A DNA stretch of 43,946 nt from a virus (taxonomy: Duplodnaviria; Caudoviricetes). The notes beneath the pieces are model-generated. The model ran no database searches. It was not told the DNA's origin and saw nothing but the letters and a program-made list of their open reading frames with translations. Of this stretch, positions 8,323-17,845 are shown piece after piece. The stretch's first letter is position 1. Each line of letters starts with the position of its first letter. The DNA is taken from IMG/VR virus record IMGVR_UViG_3300048599_000898, positions 1 to 43,946 of that record; one strand, written 5' to 3'. Both the position numbers and the translations under genes were made by a program.

Positions 8323-8663
8323 CGCGTCACTCCCGCCTCGACCACGTAGGCGCCGCCCCCGCAGCGGACGAAATCACCGCCGGCCGGCACGAAACCGAAA
8401 TCCCAGACGTAACTACCCGCATCGAGCCGCGCCATCGTCGCGGCCGACACGGTGAAGACGACGATCCCGGCGGCGTAGGCGGCGGTCCCGCCCGTCGTCG
8501 ACAGTTCCAGTAGCGCCGTCGGCTTTTCGGCGGCGCGCCGCACTTGCAGCCGCCATTCGGCGGTCGCGAGGTCGTAGATCTCGGCCCAGGTCGAGACGTC
8601 CCGCGAAAACGTCCCGCGCGTGTTGTTGTAGGCGAGCAGATCGATGACGGGAGCGGCGGCCAT
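8319..8663 (-). CDS. Baseplate/fibre adaptor-like protein
   Basis: YDLATAEWRLQVR...GSYVWDF...VEAGVTR pattern common to phage adaptor proteins; ATGA overlap with next gene. Confidence 0.6.
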   Translation of the reverse strand: MAAAPVIDLLAYNNTRGTFSRDVSTWAEIYDLATAEWRLQVRRAAEKPTALLELSTTGGTAAYAAGIVVFTVSAATMARLDAGSYVWDFGFVPAGGDFVRCGGGAYVVEAGVTR

Positions 8664-8673
8664 GGTCTGATCC

Positions 8674-9150
8674 TCAGATGGTCGGCCAGGAGATCGCCGG
8701 CAGCCCGGCGATGAGCGCGTCGATGGTCGGCGCCGGAGTAATGCCCGCCTCGACCGCGTCCAGGGTAGCGATCACCGAGGTCCACACCGCGTCGCGCCAC
8801 ACCACGAAAGCGGCGGCCTCGGCCGCCCACGCGGCCACCGTCGACGTCGCATAGCCGGCGAGAGTCGCGGCGCTGTTGTAGCCGCGCGCCCGCGCGACCG
8901 CCTCGACGTGAGCGTCGACCGCCCGCTGAGCCGCCGTCTTGGCCGCCGCCGCAGCCTCCTCGGCCGACAGCGGCGTCACCACCACGGTCGGGACACCATC
9001 GGTGACCACGATCGAGGCTCGCGGGTCGGCGTTGACCTCGGCGATCAGCGCCGCATGTCGCTCCTCGGTGATTCCGATCGCATCCGCCGGAGCAGGCCCG
9101 AGATCGTCCGACCAGAATCCGCCGGTCGCCGGGACGTACCAGATCTGCAT
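8674..9150 (-). CDS. Tail fibre assembly protein
   Basis: PADAIGITEERHAALI and ARARGYNSAATLAGYATS...EAAAFVVWRDAVW; AGGAG RBS. Confidence 0.75.
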   Translation of the reverse strand: MQIWYVPATGGFWSDDLGPAPADAIGITEERHAALIAEVNADPRASIVVTDGVPTVVVTPLSAEEAAAAAKTAAQRAVDAHVEAVARARGYNSAATLAGYATSTVAAWAAEAAAFVVWRDAVWTSVIATLDAVEAGITPAPTIDALIAGLPAISWPTI

Positions 9151-9160
9151 GATCTCCTCC

Positions 9161-10003
9161 TCAGTAGCCCCAGGCCGTCACCACCGGCGTCATCCCGCCG
9201 GAGGTGGTCGCATCGCTCGAAAAGCTCTGGCAGATCACCCGCACCGTCGACGTCGTCTTCGAAATCACCTCGAACCAGGCATCACTGAGCCCGGCCTCGT
9301 CGCCCGCATTAGTCGAGACCGATGCGGCCGTGACCGCGGTCGGAAACGTCGTCGGCAGCGTGACCGTCTGGGCGACGTCTTTCGAGGTCACTTGCGACCC
9401 GGTCGCGATCTGGAGGATCGGCGATCCCACCGGCCCGAATCGCAGCGCGAGGTAGCCGCTGCCGCGCGACAGCACCGTCGCCCCGATCGAATCGACGTAG
9501 GCTTTCGTTGCCGCCATCAGATCGGTGGTCGGGGCGCCCTTGAGCGTGAGGTCACCGGTCATCGTCCCGCCCGACTTGAGCAAATAGCCCGCGAGCGCCG
9601 CCGACACCGCGTCGACATAGGCCTTGGTGGCGGCCATCAGATCGGTGGTCGGCGCGCCCCTGAGCGTCAGATCGCCGGTCATCGTGCCGCCGGTCAGCGC
9701 CAGAAATCCGTCGACGGTGGGGATCCGCGCCGTGATCAGGGCGATGATCGCCTTGAGCAGGACGTCGTCGGCGCCGGGTGTCGCCTCGCCCGAATCGATG
9801 CCGGCGCCGTCGCGGACGCCGTCGAGATTGGCGACGACCAGATTGAGCCACTCGGTGGCGATCCGGGTGCCGTCGGCCGCCGAGGCCGAGGTGCACGGCG
9901 TGAACCAGCGCGCCGCCGCTCCGGCGCGGGCCACCTCCGGCGTCGCGCTCGGACGGGTGGTCACCGCGTCGCTGCCGGCCGGCCCGAAAAAATTGTCAGC
10001 CAT
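9161..10003 (-). CDS. Tail fibre protein (baseplate-proximal)
   Basis: GTRIATEWLN anchor, duplicated GGTMTGDLTL.GAPTTDLMAATKAYVD, C-terminal VTLPTTFPT domain. Confidence 0.82.
   Translation of the reverse strand: MADNFFGPAGSDAVTTRPSATPEVARAGAAARWFTPCTSASAADGTRIATEWLNLVVANLDGVRDGAGIDSGEATPGADDVLLKAIIALITARIPTVDGFLALTGGTMTGDLTLRGAPTTDLMAATKAYVDAVSAALAGYLLKSGGTMTGDLTLKGAPTTDLMAATKAYVDSIGATVLSRGSGYLALRFGPVGSPILQIATGSQVTSKDVAQTVTLPTTFPTAVTAASVSTNAGDEAGLSDAWFEVISKTTSTVRVICQSFSSDATTSGGMTPVVTAWGY
9490..9700. repeat. Repeat with 120-nt period in the tail fibre gene
   Basis: Two copies of the GGTMTGDLTLxGAPTTDLMAATKAYVD coding block. Confidence 0.85.
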
Positions 10004-10613
10004 CGTTGATCACCTCGTAGCGTCGCTCGATATGGTCGGGGATCAGCCGCTCGAGCAGGCATTGCAGGGCAGAGATATCCGAGCCGCAGCCGACCGGCTC
10101 GTCGGCCCGGTAGCAATCGGCAAACGCCTCGTGAGTCTGCGGTGCGACCCAGGCGGTCGAGGCCGCGGCGTCGACGGTGATCAGAATCACCGGCCCCGGC
10201 CAGCTCGGCGCGGCGGTGGCACAATCGGCGCGTGCCGTACCCGCCATGCCGCCGCAGTCCCAGAGCAGCGTGCAGGTGATCGACCATCCGGCCGCAGCGG
10301 CATAGGCCGCCCAGTGCTCGCATCGGGTGGCGCCGAGCGCCAGCCGCTTGGTGCAGGGATCCGCCCAGGGGTCGCAGCTGTCCGGCAGCCCATAGTCGGT
10401 GAGCCACCAGTCGCGGGTCTCCGACATGGTGCGGCAGTAGATTTCCGCCCGCAGCGCGCAGAGCCGAGCCTCGAGCCGGGCCAGATCGGTGGCGATCGCC
10501 CGGAAAAATCGCGCCATCACCGAGCCGTCGCGGCTCGCCGCAGCCCAGGCACGGCCCCGCGGTAGCAAGGCGGCGAGCGCCGGCATGATCTCGTCGGCCG
10601 TCGGGCAACGCAT
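9996..10613 (-). CDS. Baseplate wedge protein (Mu gp48/YmfQ/DUF2313-like)
   Basis: LAALLPRGRAW and WLTDYGLPDSC motifs; follows baseplate J. Confidence 0.85.
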   Translation of the reverse strand: MRCPTADEIMPALAALLPRGRAWAAASRDGSVMARFFRAIATDLARLEARLCALRAEIYCRTMSETRDWWLTDYGLPDSCDPWADPCTKRLALGATRCEHWAAYAAAAGWSITCTLLWDCGGMAGTARADCATAAPSWPGPVILITVDAAASTAWVAPQTHEAFADCYRADEPVGCGSDISALQCLLERLIPDHIERRYEVINDG

Positions 10614-10622
10614 CGAATGACC

Positions 10623-11735
10623 TCAAGAAAACAGGATGTTGCCGACCGTCGCCCGCTCTCCGGCCGCGAGTACGATCACCCCGTCAATGGCCCCCGGACA
10701 GGTGAGGACATGGCGCTGCTCGCCGACCGCGCGCGACACCGCTTCCGAGACCCACGAAACCGGGAACGAGAATGCCGTCGCCCGCATCGAGAACGCCGGA
10801 TGTGCCTCGGCGGCACCACAGACCCGGCTGCGCTCGGCGAAGATGTTGGCGATCTCGGCGGCGATCGCATCCTCGACGGTCAATGTCGACGGCGACAGCT
10901 CGGCGATCTCGATCGCCACCGGATGCGGCGTGAAGGCGACGACCTCGACGATGCAGCCGTCCGGCGCCGACGCGCCGACGGCCTCGGCGACCAGATCGAG
11001 ATCCGCCTCGGTCGGCAGACCATGGCTGCGCACTCCGTCGAATATCGGATAGAGACGGACCCGGCCGGCGGCGGTCGGCCGCGGCCAGACGTAGCAGTCG
11101 GAGCAGCCGGCGACCGCGGTTGCCCAGCGCCAATAGTCGGAGGTGGTGCCGGCCTGCGGCGGATAGGCCAATCGAGCGAGCAGCCGAGAGCGATAGGTCT
11201 CGATCTCCTCGATTTCGGCGCCTCCGGCGAGACCGTCGACATCGACGGTGAGCGTCATCTCACCGGTGACGTCGGTGAGTGCGGTCAATGTCGTGCCGGC
11301 GTCGGTGTTGCCGGCGGTACCGGCGGTGAGCGCGGCGACCGCCACCGAGAATGTCCCGGCCCCGGCAATCGATCCCGAGGTGGTCGCTCGATATCGGGTG
11401 CCGTCGGCCCGGCGCATCATCGCCCCGATCGCGATCGAGGCGGCGCCGGTGCTGACCGCGACGACGAGGCCGGTCGCCGACGCCGCCGCCTTGCGGGCGA
11501 TCCCGAGATCGGCGCCGTGATCGAGCAGCTCGTCCTCATCGGCGAGATGGACGAATCGGCCGCGCGCCAGCCTCGCCAACCTTTCCTCGTAGGCGTGATG
11601 GACGCCGCCGATCGCCGTCGCGGTCGGGCCCAAGTTGTTGCGCGCCAACCGCGCATCGGCGCCCGGCAGCCAGCTCTCGAGCGCCCCCGACACCGCGGCG
11701 ATGCATTCGGCGAGCGTTTTGCGGGTCCACGCCAT
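10623..11735 (-). CDS. Baseplate J/Mu gp47-like protein
   Basis: AGTAGNTDAGT, GGAEIEEIETYRSRLL, PPQAGTTSDYWRWA. Confidence 0.92.
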   Translation of the reverse strand: MAWTRKTLAECIAAVSGALESWLPGADARLARNNLGPTATAIGGVHHAYEERLARLARGRFVHLADEDELLDHGADLGIARKAAASATGLVVAVSTGAASIAIGAMMRRADGTRYRATTSGSIAGAGTFSVAVAALTAGTAGNTDAGTTLTALTDVTGEMTLTVDVDGLAGGAEIEEIETYRSRLLARLAYPPQAGTTSDYWRWATAVAGCSDCYVWPRPTAAGRVRLYPIFDGVRSHGLPTEADLDLVAEAVGASAPDGCIVEVVAFTPHPVAIEIAELSPSTLTVEDAIAAEIANIFAERSRVCGAAEAHPAFSMRATAFSFPVSWVSEAVSRAVGEQRHVLTCPGAIDGVIVLAAGERATVGNILFS

Positions 11736-12271
11736 TATCGCACCTGACGCCAGAGGAGATCGAAATCACGGGCGAACAGCTCGGCGCCCGACGGCGAGCG
11801 GATGATGATCGCCAAGGTCAGCCGGCGATCGGCCGGAAGCACGGTGGCGGCCGCCTCGACCGATCCGGCGACGCCGTCGCGGGTCATCCAGGCGAGCGCC
11901 CGAGCCGCCTCGGCCTCGGCATCGCGGGCCGTCGCGGCAGTGGCGACGCCGTTTTCGAGCACCGTCCACAGCCATGATCCGAGCGGCTCCTCGCCGTCGG
12001 CGTTGAGCCCGTCGCCCCACCAGCCGCGGCGATCGATCACCTCCGGCCGCCAGCCGTCCGGGGCTCTCGCGTCGGTGAACAGCGAGATGATCACCGCGGT
12101 GGCGATCGCCGCGCGAGCGCGAAGCCCGCCGCTGTCGATCTCGCCGTCGAGCGGCGCCAACCGCCAATCGAACGCCAGCTCGCCCGCATCTAGGTCGAGC
12201 ACCGTGTCCCAATCGAGCGGCGTCGCCGGCTCGTCGGCCTCGTGGCCGCGCCAGGAGATCTCCCAGGTCAT
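11735..12271 (-). CDS. Mu gp46-like baseplate protein
   Basis: TAVIISLFTDARA...DRRGWWGD...GSWLW. Confidence 0.92.
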   Translation of the reverse strand: MTWEISWRGHEADEPATPLDWDTVLDLDAGELAFDWRLAPLDGEIDSGGLRARAAIATAVIISLFTDARAPDGWRPEVIDRRGWWGDGLNADGEEPLGSWLWTVLENGVATAATARDAEAEAARALAWMTRDGVAGSVEAAATVLPADRRLTLAIIIRSPSGAELFARDFDLLWRQVR

Positions 12272-12275
12272 GCGG

Positions 12276-12764
12276 TCACTCCATCAATACCTTGGTCGCC
12301 GGGTTGCTGACGTCGGCGAAGCCACCGGTGTCGATGGTGCCCTGCGCCGAGGCGGGCCGCGAGGCCGAGGCCGAGCCGAGCTTGATCATCCCCTCGAGGA
12401 TGATGGTGGTGGCCGAGAGATGGATTTCGTCGCCGCCGACGATCCGGATCTTCTTTTCGACGATCGAGATCACCTGCCCCGAGGCGTCGTAGATCCGGGT
12501 CCCGCCACGGGCCAGCGACCCCGGCCGATGGTCGGGATGCTCGAAGCCGAGGGCCAGCGCCCGCTCGTAATTGGCGCTCTGGTGCAACAGCCAGCCGATC
12601 GACTCGTCGGGAGGGGTCGACGAGAATCCGAACGGCTGCAAGCGCAGCACGTCGGTATAGCGCGAGCCGGCGAGGCCCACGGCCGAGACGCGCTGAATGC
12701 CGCCGCTGTCGTCGAGCCCGGTCAGCCGGGCCCGGACCAGCATCGCATGGATCGGGTCACTCAT
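12276..12764 (-). CDS. Mu gp45-like baseplate spike
   Basis: RLQPFGFSSTPP, HRPGSLARGGTRIYD. Confidence 0.88.
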   Translation of the reverse strand: MSDPIHAMLVRARLTGLDDSGGIQRVSAVGLAGSRYTDVLRLQPFGFSSTPPDESIGWLLHQSANYERALALGFEHPDHRPGSLARGGTRIYDASGQVISIVEKKIRIVGGDEIHLSATTIILEGMIKLGSASASRPASAQGTIDTGGFADVSNPATKVLME

Positions 12765-13872
12765 CGCTCGGCATGTCCCACTGAGATTTCGACTTGTTCG
12801 ACCGCCCCTTGCGGGCCTTGCCCTTGCCGCCCTTGGCGCCGAGGGCGCGCGGGTCGACCAGCTCGAGATGGCAGATGGTCCCGCGATCGGTTTGGCTCGC
12901 CTTGACGCTCTCGATCGCCATTTCCTGGGCGACGCCGAGGTACTCGCTCTCGACCCAGACGGTCCATCCCGGCTCCCACAGCCGGCCGCCGCCGTCGCGC
13001 CAGCCGATCATCGATGGCAGCATCACCCGCAGGCCCTCGCCGACCGTCTGATCGCGGCGCCACATCGCCCGGCGGGCGGCGGCGCGGGCATCGATCTCTT
13101 CTGAGGCGATCACCACCACCTCGACCGGACGCTTTGCCGTCGCGTCCTGCGAGGTCTCGGCGATGGTCAGGTCGGCGGCCGACCAGCCATCGGCCCGCTG
13201 CCCCTTGACGGTCGTCTTCTTGGCCCGCTTGGACCAGTCGTGGACCGCCTCGGAGTCCTCGGGCAGATTGACGCCTTCGACGATCGACCCGGCGTGGCGG
13301 CCGAGAGTGCCGCGGTAGACCGTGATGCCGCCGGCCGCGGTGCCGGTGATCGACTGACCGTCGACCCTGGCGAGACGGTGGGCGTGAGCGATCACCGAGA
13401 CGCCCGGCGTCAGCCGCCACAGCGGCCGCGTCACGCTGTCGACCGTCTTGTCGGTGACCTCGACCCCGTAGCGGCTCGCCAGTTCGGAGATGATCGCCGC
13501 CGGCTTGGCCTTGCGCCACTCGCCTGTCGCATGGATCGCCGAGGAGTCGACCAGCACCGACGATTTCGAGCGTCCCTCGATGTGGATCGACGGCGAGGTC
13601 GACGAGATCCGCGGCCGATAACGCTCGATCCAGCCGGAGAGGACGAGGTCGCCGCTCGCAGTGATCTCGACCGCTGGGCCGGCGGCGAGGCTCGCCCCGA
13701 TCGCGGCGACGTCGGCCGCGAAGGCAGCGAGCGCCTGCGTCGTCGCGTCCCGCGGCGCCAACATCGCCGAAAACGTGCGCGCCGCCTCGTTGGCCGAGGC
13801 CGACCACTCGATCTCGATCGGCCGCAGCGACGAGCCGGCGGCGCTGAGGATCACCGTCTCGAGCGCGCTCAT
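12757..13872 (-). CDS. Mu gp44/P-like baseplate hub protein
   Basis: Start MSALETV (ATGA overlap); GRSKSSVLVDSS and GWRDGGGRLWEPG motifs. Confidence 0.88.
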   Translation of the reverse strand: MSALETVILSAAGSSLRPIEIEWSASANEAARTFSAMLAPRDATTQALAAFAADVAAIGASLAAGPAVEITASGDLVLSGWIERYRPRISSTSPSIHIEGRSKSSVLVDSSAIHATGEWRKAKPAAIISELASRYGVEVTDKTVDSVTRPLWRLTPGVSVIAHAHRLARVDGQSITGTAAGGITVYRGTLGRHAGSIVEGVNLPEDSEAVHDWSKRAKKTTVKGQRADGWSAADLTIAETSQDATAKRPVEVVVIASEEIDARAAARRAMWRRDQTVGEGLRVMLPSMIGWRDGGGRLWEPGWTVWVESEYLGVAQEMAIESVKASQTDRGTICHLELVDPRALGAKGGKGKARKGRSNKSKSQWDMPSDE

Positions 13873-15149
13873 CGCGCCAACGCCTCGAATTGCAGCGGCA
13901 CGAACGCCGGATGGTCGAGCCGATTGCGGGCGACGATCTCGTCGGCCCGGGTCGGGTCGCCATAGAGCCGCCACGCCCAGACGAGCGCAGGCATCACCGC
14001 CGTCGAGGTCACCGAAATCACCGGGGCGAGGCTGGTCGCCCGCTTTTTCAGGGCGGCGACCGCGGCGTCGCGGAGGTCGGACAGCGCGGCGATGATCTCG
14101 CCGGGCGCCGGATCGAGGCTGTCGAGCCGCTCGATCTCGGCGGCGACCGCCTCGACCAGACGATTGCGGGCGGCGACCGCCGTGGGGCGATCCGGATAGT
14201 CGATCGCCGCGATCACTTCGATCACCGAGGCGAGCGCCGAGACCCGGACGATCGCCGGGACGATCGCCGCGGCTGCCTCGGCGGCGGCGGTCGCATCGGT
14301 GGTGTAGGCGACCGAGTGGGTCGCCGCGGTCGCCGTCAGCAGATCGGCGGCGGTCTCCTCCCACAGCGCCGATGAGGCGAGATCGCCGATCGAGCGGATC
14401 GCCGCTGCGACCCCGGTCGACCATGTCGCGGCATCGGCGATCACCTCGCCGACCTGGTCGACCAGCTCAGCGATGTCCAACTCCAGGTCGACATAATCGG
14501 CGGCGGCGGTACTCCGGTCCTCGTCGGAGGAGAGGACGGCGAGGGCCGGAGCGATCGAGGCGGCGCGGGCCGTCTCGATTTCGGCGAGACCCGAGACCGC
14601 CGCATCGATCAGCCGGTCGGTGAGCAGCGCGGCATAGGGCGACGAGCCGATGGCGAGAGCTCCGACGAGGCGGGCCGCAGTCGAGCCGACCGCCGTGAAG
14701 ACCACGTCGGCCGCGACGGTGACCGCGGCGAGCAGACCGGCGGCGGTGAGCGAGGCGCCGACCGCCACTCCGAAGCCGGGCGCCGAGACGGCGCCGGCCG
14801 CGGTGGCGCGGATCGACACCGCGATGTAGCCGAGCCGGTCGCGGTCGAAGGTCCGGCGGATTTCGACCCCGGCGACCATCGCGGTCCCGGTCGGCAGCAC
14901 CAGCAGCACCGGGCCGGCGGTCTCGTCGAGCGCCAGCAGCGCCGCCGCCGCGCCGTCGGCGGCGTCCCCGGCGACATAGCCGGTGACCTGATAGGTCCGC
15001 GGCGACGGGCCGAATTCCTCGACGACGTGTCGGCCGTTGGGGATCGTATGGACCGCGTGGCGGCGACCCGCCTCGATTTCGTCCTCACGGACTCGGAAAG
15101 CGACTCCGGCGAGCGAGGCGGCGGACAGGGTGGCGGACCAGTCACGCAT
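13869..15149 (-). CDS. Mu gp43/N-like DNA circularisation (tail) protein
   Basis: WSATLSAASLAGVAF...GRRHAVH N-terminus; PALVWAWRLYGDPTRADEIVARNRLDHPAFVP C-terminus. Confidence 0.9.
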   Translation of the reverse strand: MRDWSATLSAASLAGVAFRVREDEIEAGRRHAVHTIPNGRHVVEEFGPSPRTYQVTGYVAGDAADGAAAALLALDETAGPVLLVLPTGTAMVAGVEIRRTFDRDRLGYIAVSIRATAAGAVSAPGFGVAVGASLTAAGLLAAVTVAADVVFTAVGSTAARLVGALAIGSSPYAALLTDRLIDAAVSGLAEIETARAASIAPALAVLSSDEDRSTAAADYVDLELDIAELVDQVGEVIADAATWSTGVAAAIRSIGDLASSALWEETAADLLTATAATHSVAYTTDATAAAEAAAAIVPAIVRVSALASVIEVIAAIDYPDRPTAVAARNRLVEAVAAEIERLDSLDPAPGEIIAALSDLRDAAVAALKKRATSLAPVISVTSTAVMPALVWAWRLYGDPTRADEIVARNRLDHPAFVPLQFEALAR

Positions 15150-15152
15150 CGC

Positions 15153-17000
15153 TCACGGCCCCCCGGCCTGGGTGTTGCCCGAGATCGCCCGCCCCGGATC
15201 GAGCGGCGGCAGACGCGGGGCCTGGATGTTCGGGGTGATCGGCTGCCGAAAGATCGCCGCGATCTGCCCCCAGATCGCTTGCGCCCGCTCGACTGCGGTG
15301 GCGCCCTGACGATCGATCTCGCCGATCATCCCCTCCATCGCCGGGGCGATCGCCTCGGCTCCGTCAGCCGGGCGCGGAGATGGTAGCGGATAGGTTTCCG
15401 GCATCGGGCGGAACCGCTGGGCCGCGCCGGCCGCGAGACGAGCCCGGTCGACGACCGGCGGAAAGCGCTGCGCGTCGCCGGCAGCCACCGAGGCGGCCTC
15501 GATCGCATCGGCGACCCGTTGCCGCGCCAGATCGACGTCGCGGACGAAGGTGCCGCTGACGCGCCGCCCAGGCGATGCCGCCTGCCGCGCTTCGAGGTCG
15601 GCCTGCATCCGCGCGAGATTGTCGCGCGCGGCGGGGAGTTCGAGCGCCGCCCGCCGTTTCGCTTCGCCCTGCGCGGCGATCTCCTCGGCCGTGGTCCGCG
15701 GGCCGAAGCTCGGCAGCCAATGCTCGTCGGCCCAAAGCAGCTTTTCGGCTTCGTTTCGGTCGACCCCGCGGGCGACCATCTGCTTGATCCGCTCCTCGCG
15801 GCCGCCGCCCGGCTTCGCCTGTTCGGCTTCGACTTGCTTGTTCTGCCGATCCATCCCCTCCGACAATTTTTCGATGAATTCCGGAACTCCACTGTTGCCG
15901 ATGCCGCGTCCGAGATTGACAACAAACTTTTCCCAGGAATTCGACAACTTGGTGATTGCCCCCGCGGCGTCATGCGTCACCTTGGCGAGATCACCCATCG
16001 TCGTCCCGTCGACGGCGTCGAGAGCCGCCTGCAATTTTCTCAAGGCGTCGCGTTGCGACAGCAGCGCGCGGACGCCGGACGACACCTGCATGTCGGCAAA
16101 CAACTGCGGGATCTTGGAGAGGTCTCCCTTCATCGCCTTGTCGGCGAGATCGAGGAACACCTCGGTCAGATCCTTACCTCCCTTGCGCGCCTTGGTCATC
16201 TCCTTGCGGAGATCGATGCCCATCTTTTTGAATTTATTTGATGTTTCTTCGCTCTCCATCTTCTGGAAGACGTTCAGCATGTTGGTCGCCGCCGCCCCGG
16301 CATCGCCGGTCTGAGCGCGCACGATCTGCAACATCGCGACCAGGCGCTTCAGTCCGGCCTCTCCTCTGAGCCCTGCCGCCGCGGCCGCCGGAGCGATCGA
16401 CGGCAGGTACTGCGCCATGTCCTTGAGTTCGAACTTCCCGGCCTTGCCACCGGCGACGAGCACGTCGAATGCCGACTGCATGCGATCAGCGGTGATCTTG
16501 AGCGAATCGGCCAGCGCCGACGATGTGGCGGCGATGTCCTTGACCTCGGCGCCGCTCGCCGCAGCGGTGCGCCCGACCGACGGCAAGAAAGCCAACGCCT
16601 CGTCGAGGCTGCGGCCCTGGGCGACCAGATCCTCGAGGCCGTCGGTGACCTTGGCGATCGGCAACGCCGTCTCCTGGGCGACGTCGGCGAGCCGGGTACG
16701 GATGCCGGCGACCGCATCGGCCGAGGCGTCGGCGGTGAGACCGATCCGAGTGATCCGCCGGTCGACCTCGGCGAACTGTTTGAACGCGGTCGCCCCGGCC
16801 CCAGCCACTGCGACCGGCGCCAGCACTCCGGCGACCCGGGCTGCGACGCCCCCGGCGAGAGCAGACATCTGCGCCGACCGGGCGTTGAGCGCCTTCGCCT
16901 TGCGGTCGATTTCCGCCATCCGGCCGCCGACCGCCTTGAAGGCGGCCGCGGTCCGGTCGACGGCGGAGAGCTTGAGCCGGGCCTCGATTTCGCGGGTCAT
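15153..17000 (-). CDS. Tail tape measure protein
   Basis: 615 aa Ala-rich helical; GGKAGKFELKDMAQYLP motif; follows the chaperone gene. Confidence 0.92.
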   Translation of the reverse strand: MTREIEARLKLSAVDRTAAAFKAVGGRMAEIDRKAKALNARSAQMSALAGGVAARVAGVLAPVAVAGAGATAFKQFAEVDRRITRIGLTADASADAVAGIRTRLADVAQETALPIAKVTDGLEDLVAQGRSLDEALAFLPSVGRTAAASGAEVKDIAATSSALADSLKITADRMQSAFDVLVAGGKAGKFELKDMAQYLPSIAPAAAAAGLRGEAGLKRLVAMLQIVRAQTGDAGAAATNMLNVFQKMESEETSNKFKKMGIDLRKEMTKARKGGKDLTEVFLDLADKAMKGDLSKIPQLFADMQVSSGVRALLSQRDALRKLQAALDAVDGTTMGDLAKVTHDAAGAITKLSNSWEKFVVNLGRGIGNSGVPEFIEKLSEGMDRQNKQVEAEQAKPGGGREERIKQMVARGVDRNEAEKLLWADEHWLPSFGPRTTAEEIAAQGEAKRRAALELPAARDNLARMQADLEARQAASPGRRVSGTFVRDVDLARQRVADAIEAASVAAGDAQRFPPVVDRARLAAGAAQRFRPMPETYPLPSPRPADGAEAIAPAMEGMIGEIDRQGATAVERAQAIWGQIAAIFRQPITPNIQAPRLPPLDPGRAISGNTQAGGP

Positions 17001-17155
17001 CGCTGCCTACGCATCCTCTCGACGGCCTGCGCGTAGCGCAGCACCCGGGCGTCCATCTGCGAAAATGTCAGGGATTCGACGGCGACGGGTCCCCAGCCTG
17101 CGGTCCAGGCGAGGAAGTCGAAGAGCCGTCCGAGGTCCCCGCGGCCGTGAAAAAA
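16997..17155 (-). CDS. -1 frameshift extension of the tail assembly chaperone (GT/E+E'-type)
   Basis: Slippery T-TTT-TTC at 17155-17149; -1 frame reads FFHGRGDLGRLFDFLAWTAGWGPVAVESLTFSQMDARVLRYAQAVERMRRQR* and its stop overlaps the tape measure ATG. Confidence 0.8.
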   Translation of the reverse strand, partial: FFHGRGDLGRLFDFLAWTAGWGPVAVESLTFSQMDARVLRYAQAVERMRRQR

Positions 17156-17436
17156 TCGAGAACCGCCTCCTTGACCGCTCGGACGTCGGCGACGGCGAGC
17201 TGATTGAGCACCGAGTCTGCGTCGCTCTCGCCCTCGAACGACACCAGCCCCTCGATATAGCCGCGGATCGCCTCGCGGTTTTCGATCACGATGCGTTCGC
17301 CGGCCGAGGTCCGCTGCGTCTCGTAGGGCTCGCCGAGGTCGAGATAGAGCCGTCCGGTCGGCTCGGCGATCAGTGCGACCCTGGTCCCGGCCGGGGCGTG
17401 GCCGACATAGCGGCGCGACAGTTCGATCCGCTTCAT
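17068..17436 (-). CDS. Tail assembly chaperone
   Basis: Between tube and tape measure; ends VLDFF followed by a low-complexity tail. Confidence 0.82.
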   Translation of the reverse strand: MKRIELSRRYVGHAPAGTRVALIAEPTGRLYLDLGEPYETQRTSAGERIVIENREAIRGYIEGLVSFEGESDADSVLNQLAVADVRAVKEAVLDFFTAAGTSDGSSTSSPGPQAGDPSPSNP

Positions 17437-17437
17437 C

Positions 17438-17806
17438 TCACAACTTCCGGTAGGAGACCGCCTCGAACGCGACGCCGGTCGTCTTGCCGGTCAGTACGTC
17501 CTCGCTCGGTTCGCCGGTGAAACAGCCGTCGGTGTAGAGATGGGTGCGGCTGTTCTTGGTCTCGACGATGGTGAGATTGCCCTCGTAGGCGAGCAGGTCG
17601 GCCGCGGTGACGCCATCGGCGAGTTCGAGTTCCATCTCGACCTTCGCATTGCGTAGCGCCACCACCCGCGCGAACGAGCCGTCGAGGTTCTTCTCGGTCG
17701 TGACCGTCGTCGTCGTCGGGTGGTTGGTGAATTGGCCGCGGGCCTTGATCCGCCGGCCGTCGCCGAGGGTCACCGTGAACGCACCACCGAAGCTGTTGTT
17801 GGACAT
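17438..17806 (-). CDS. Tail tube protein
   Basis: 122 aa beta-rich ORF directly after the sheath; GAGGA RBS. Confidence 0.8.
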   Translation of the reverse strand: MSNNSFGGAFTVTLGDGRRIKARGQFTNHPTTTTVTTEKNLDGSFARVVALRNAKVEMELELADGVTAADLLAYEGNLTIVETKNSRTHLYTDGCFTGEPSEDVLTGKTTGVAFEAVSYRKL

Positions 17807-17845
17807 GGTCGATCCTCATGGCGCGGCGCCGAGCGCCGCTCGGCC

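Noticed and set aside
7520-9700. Diversity-generating retroelement template/variable repeats
   Set aside because: No reverse transcriptase; both copies lie in frame within the same gene and mismatches are mostly synonymous, not adenine-specific
5811-10003. Invertible tail-fibre cassette (Mu G-segment type)
   Set aside because: All genes share one orientation; no invertase or flanking inverted repeats seen
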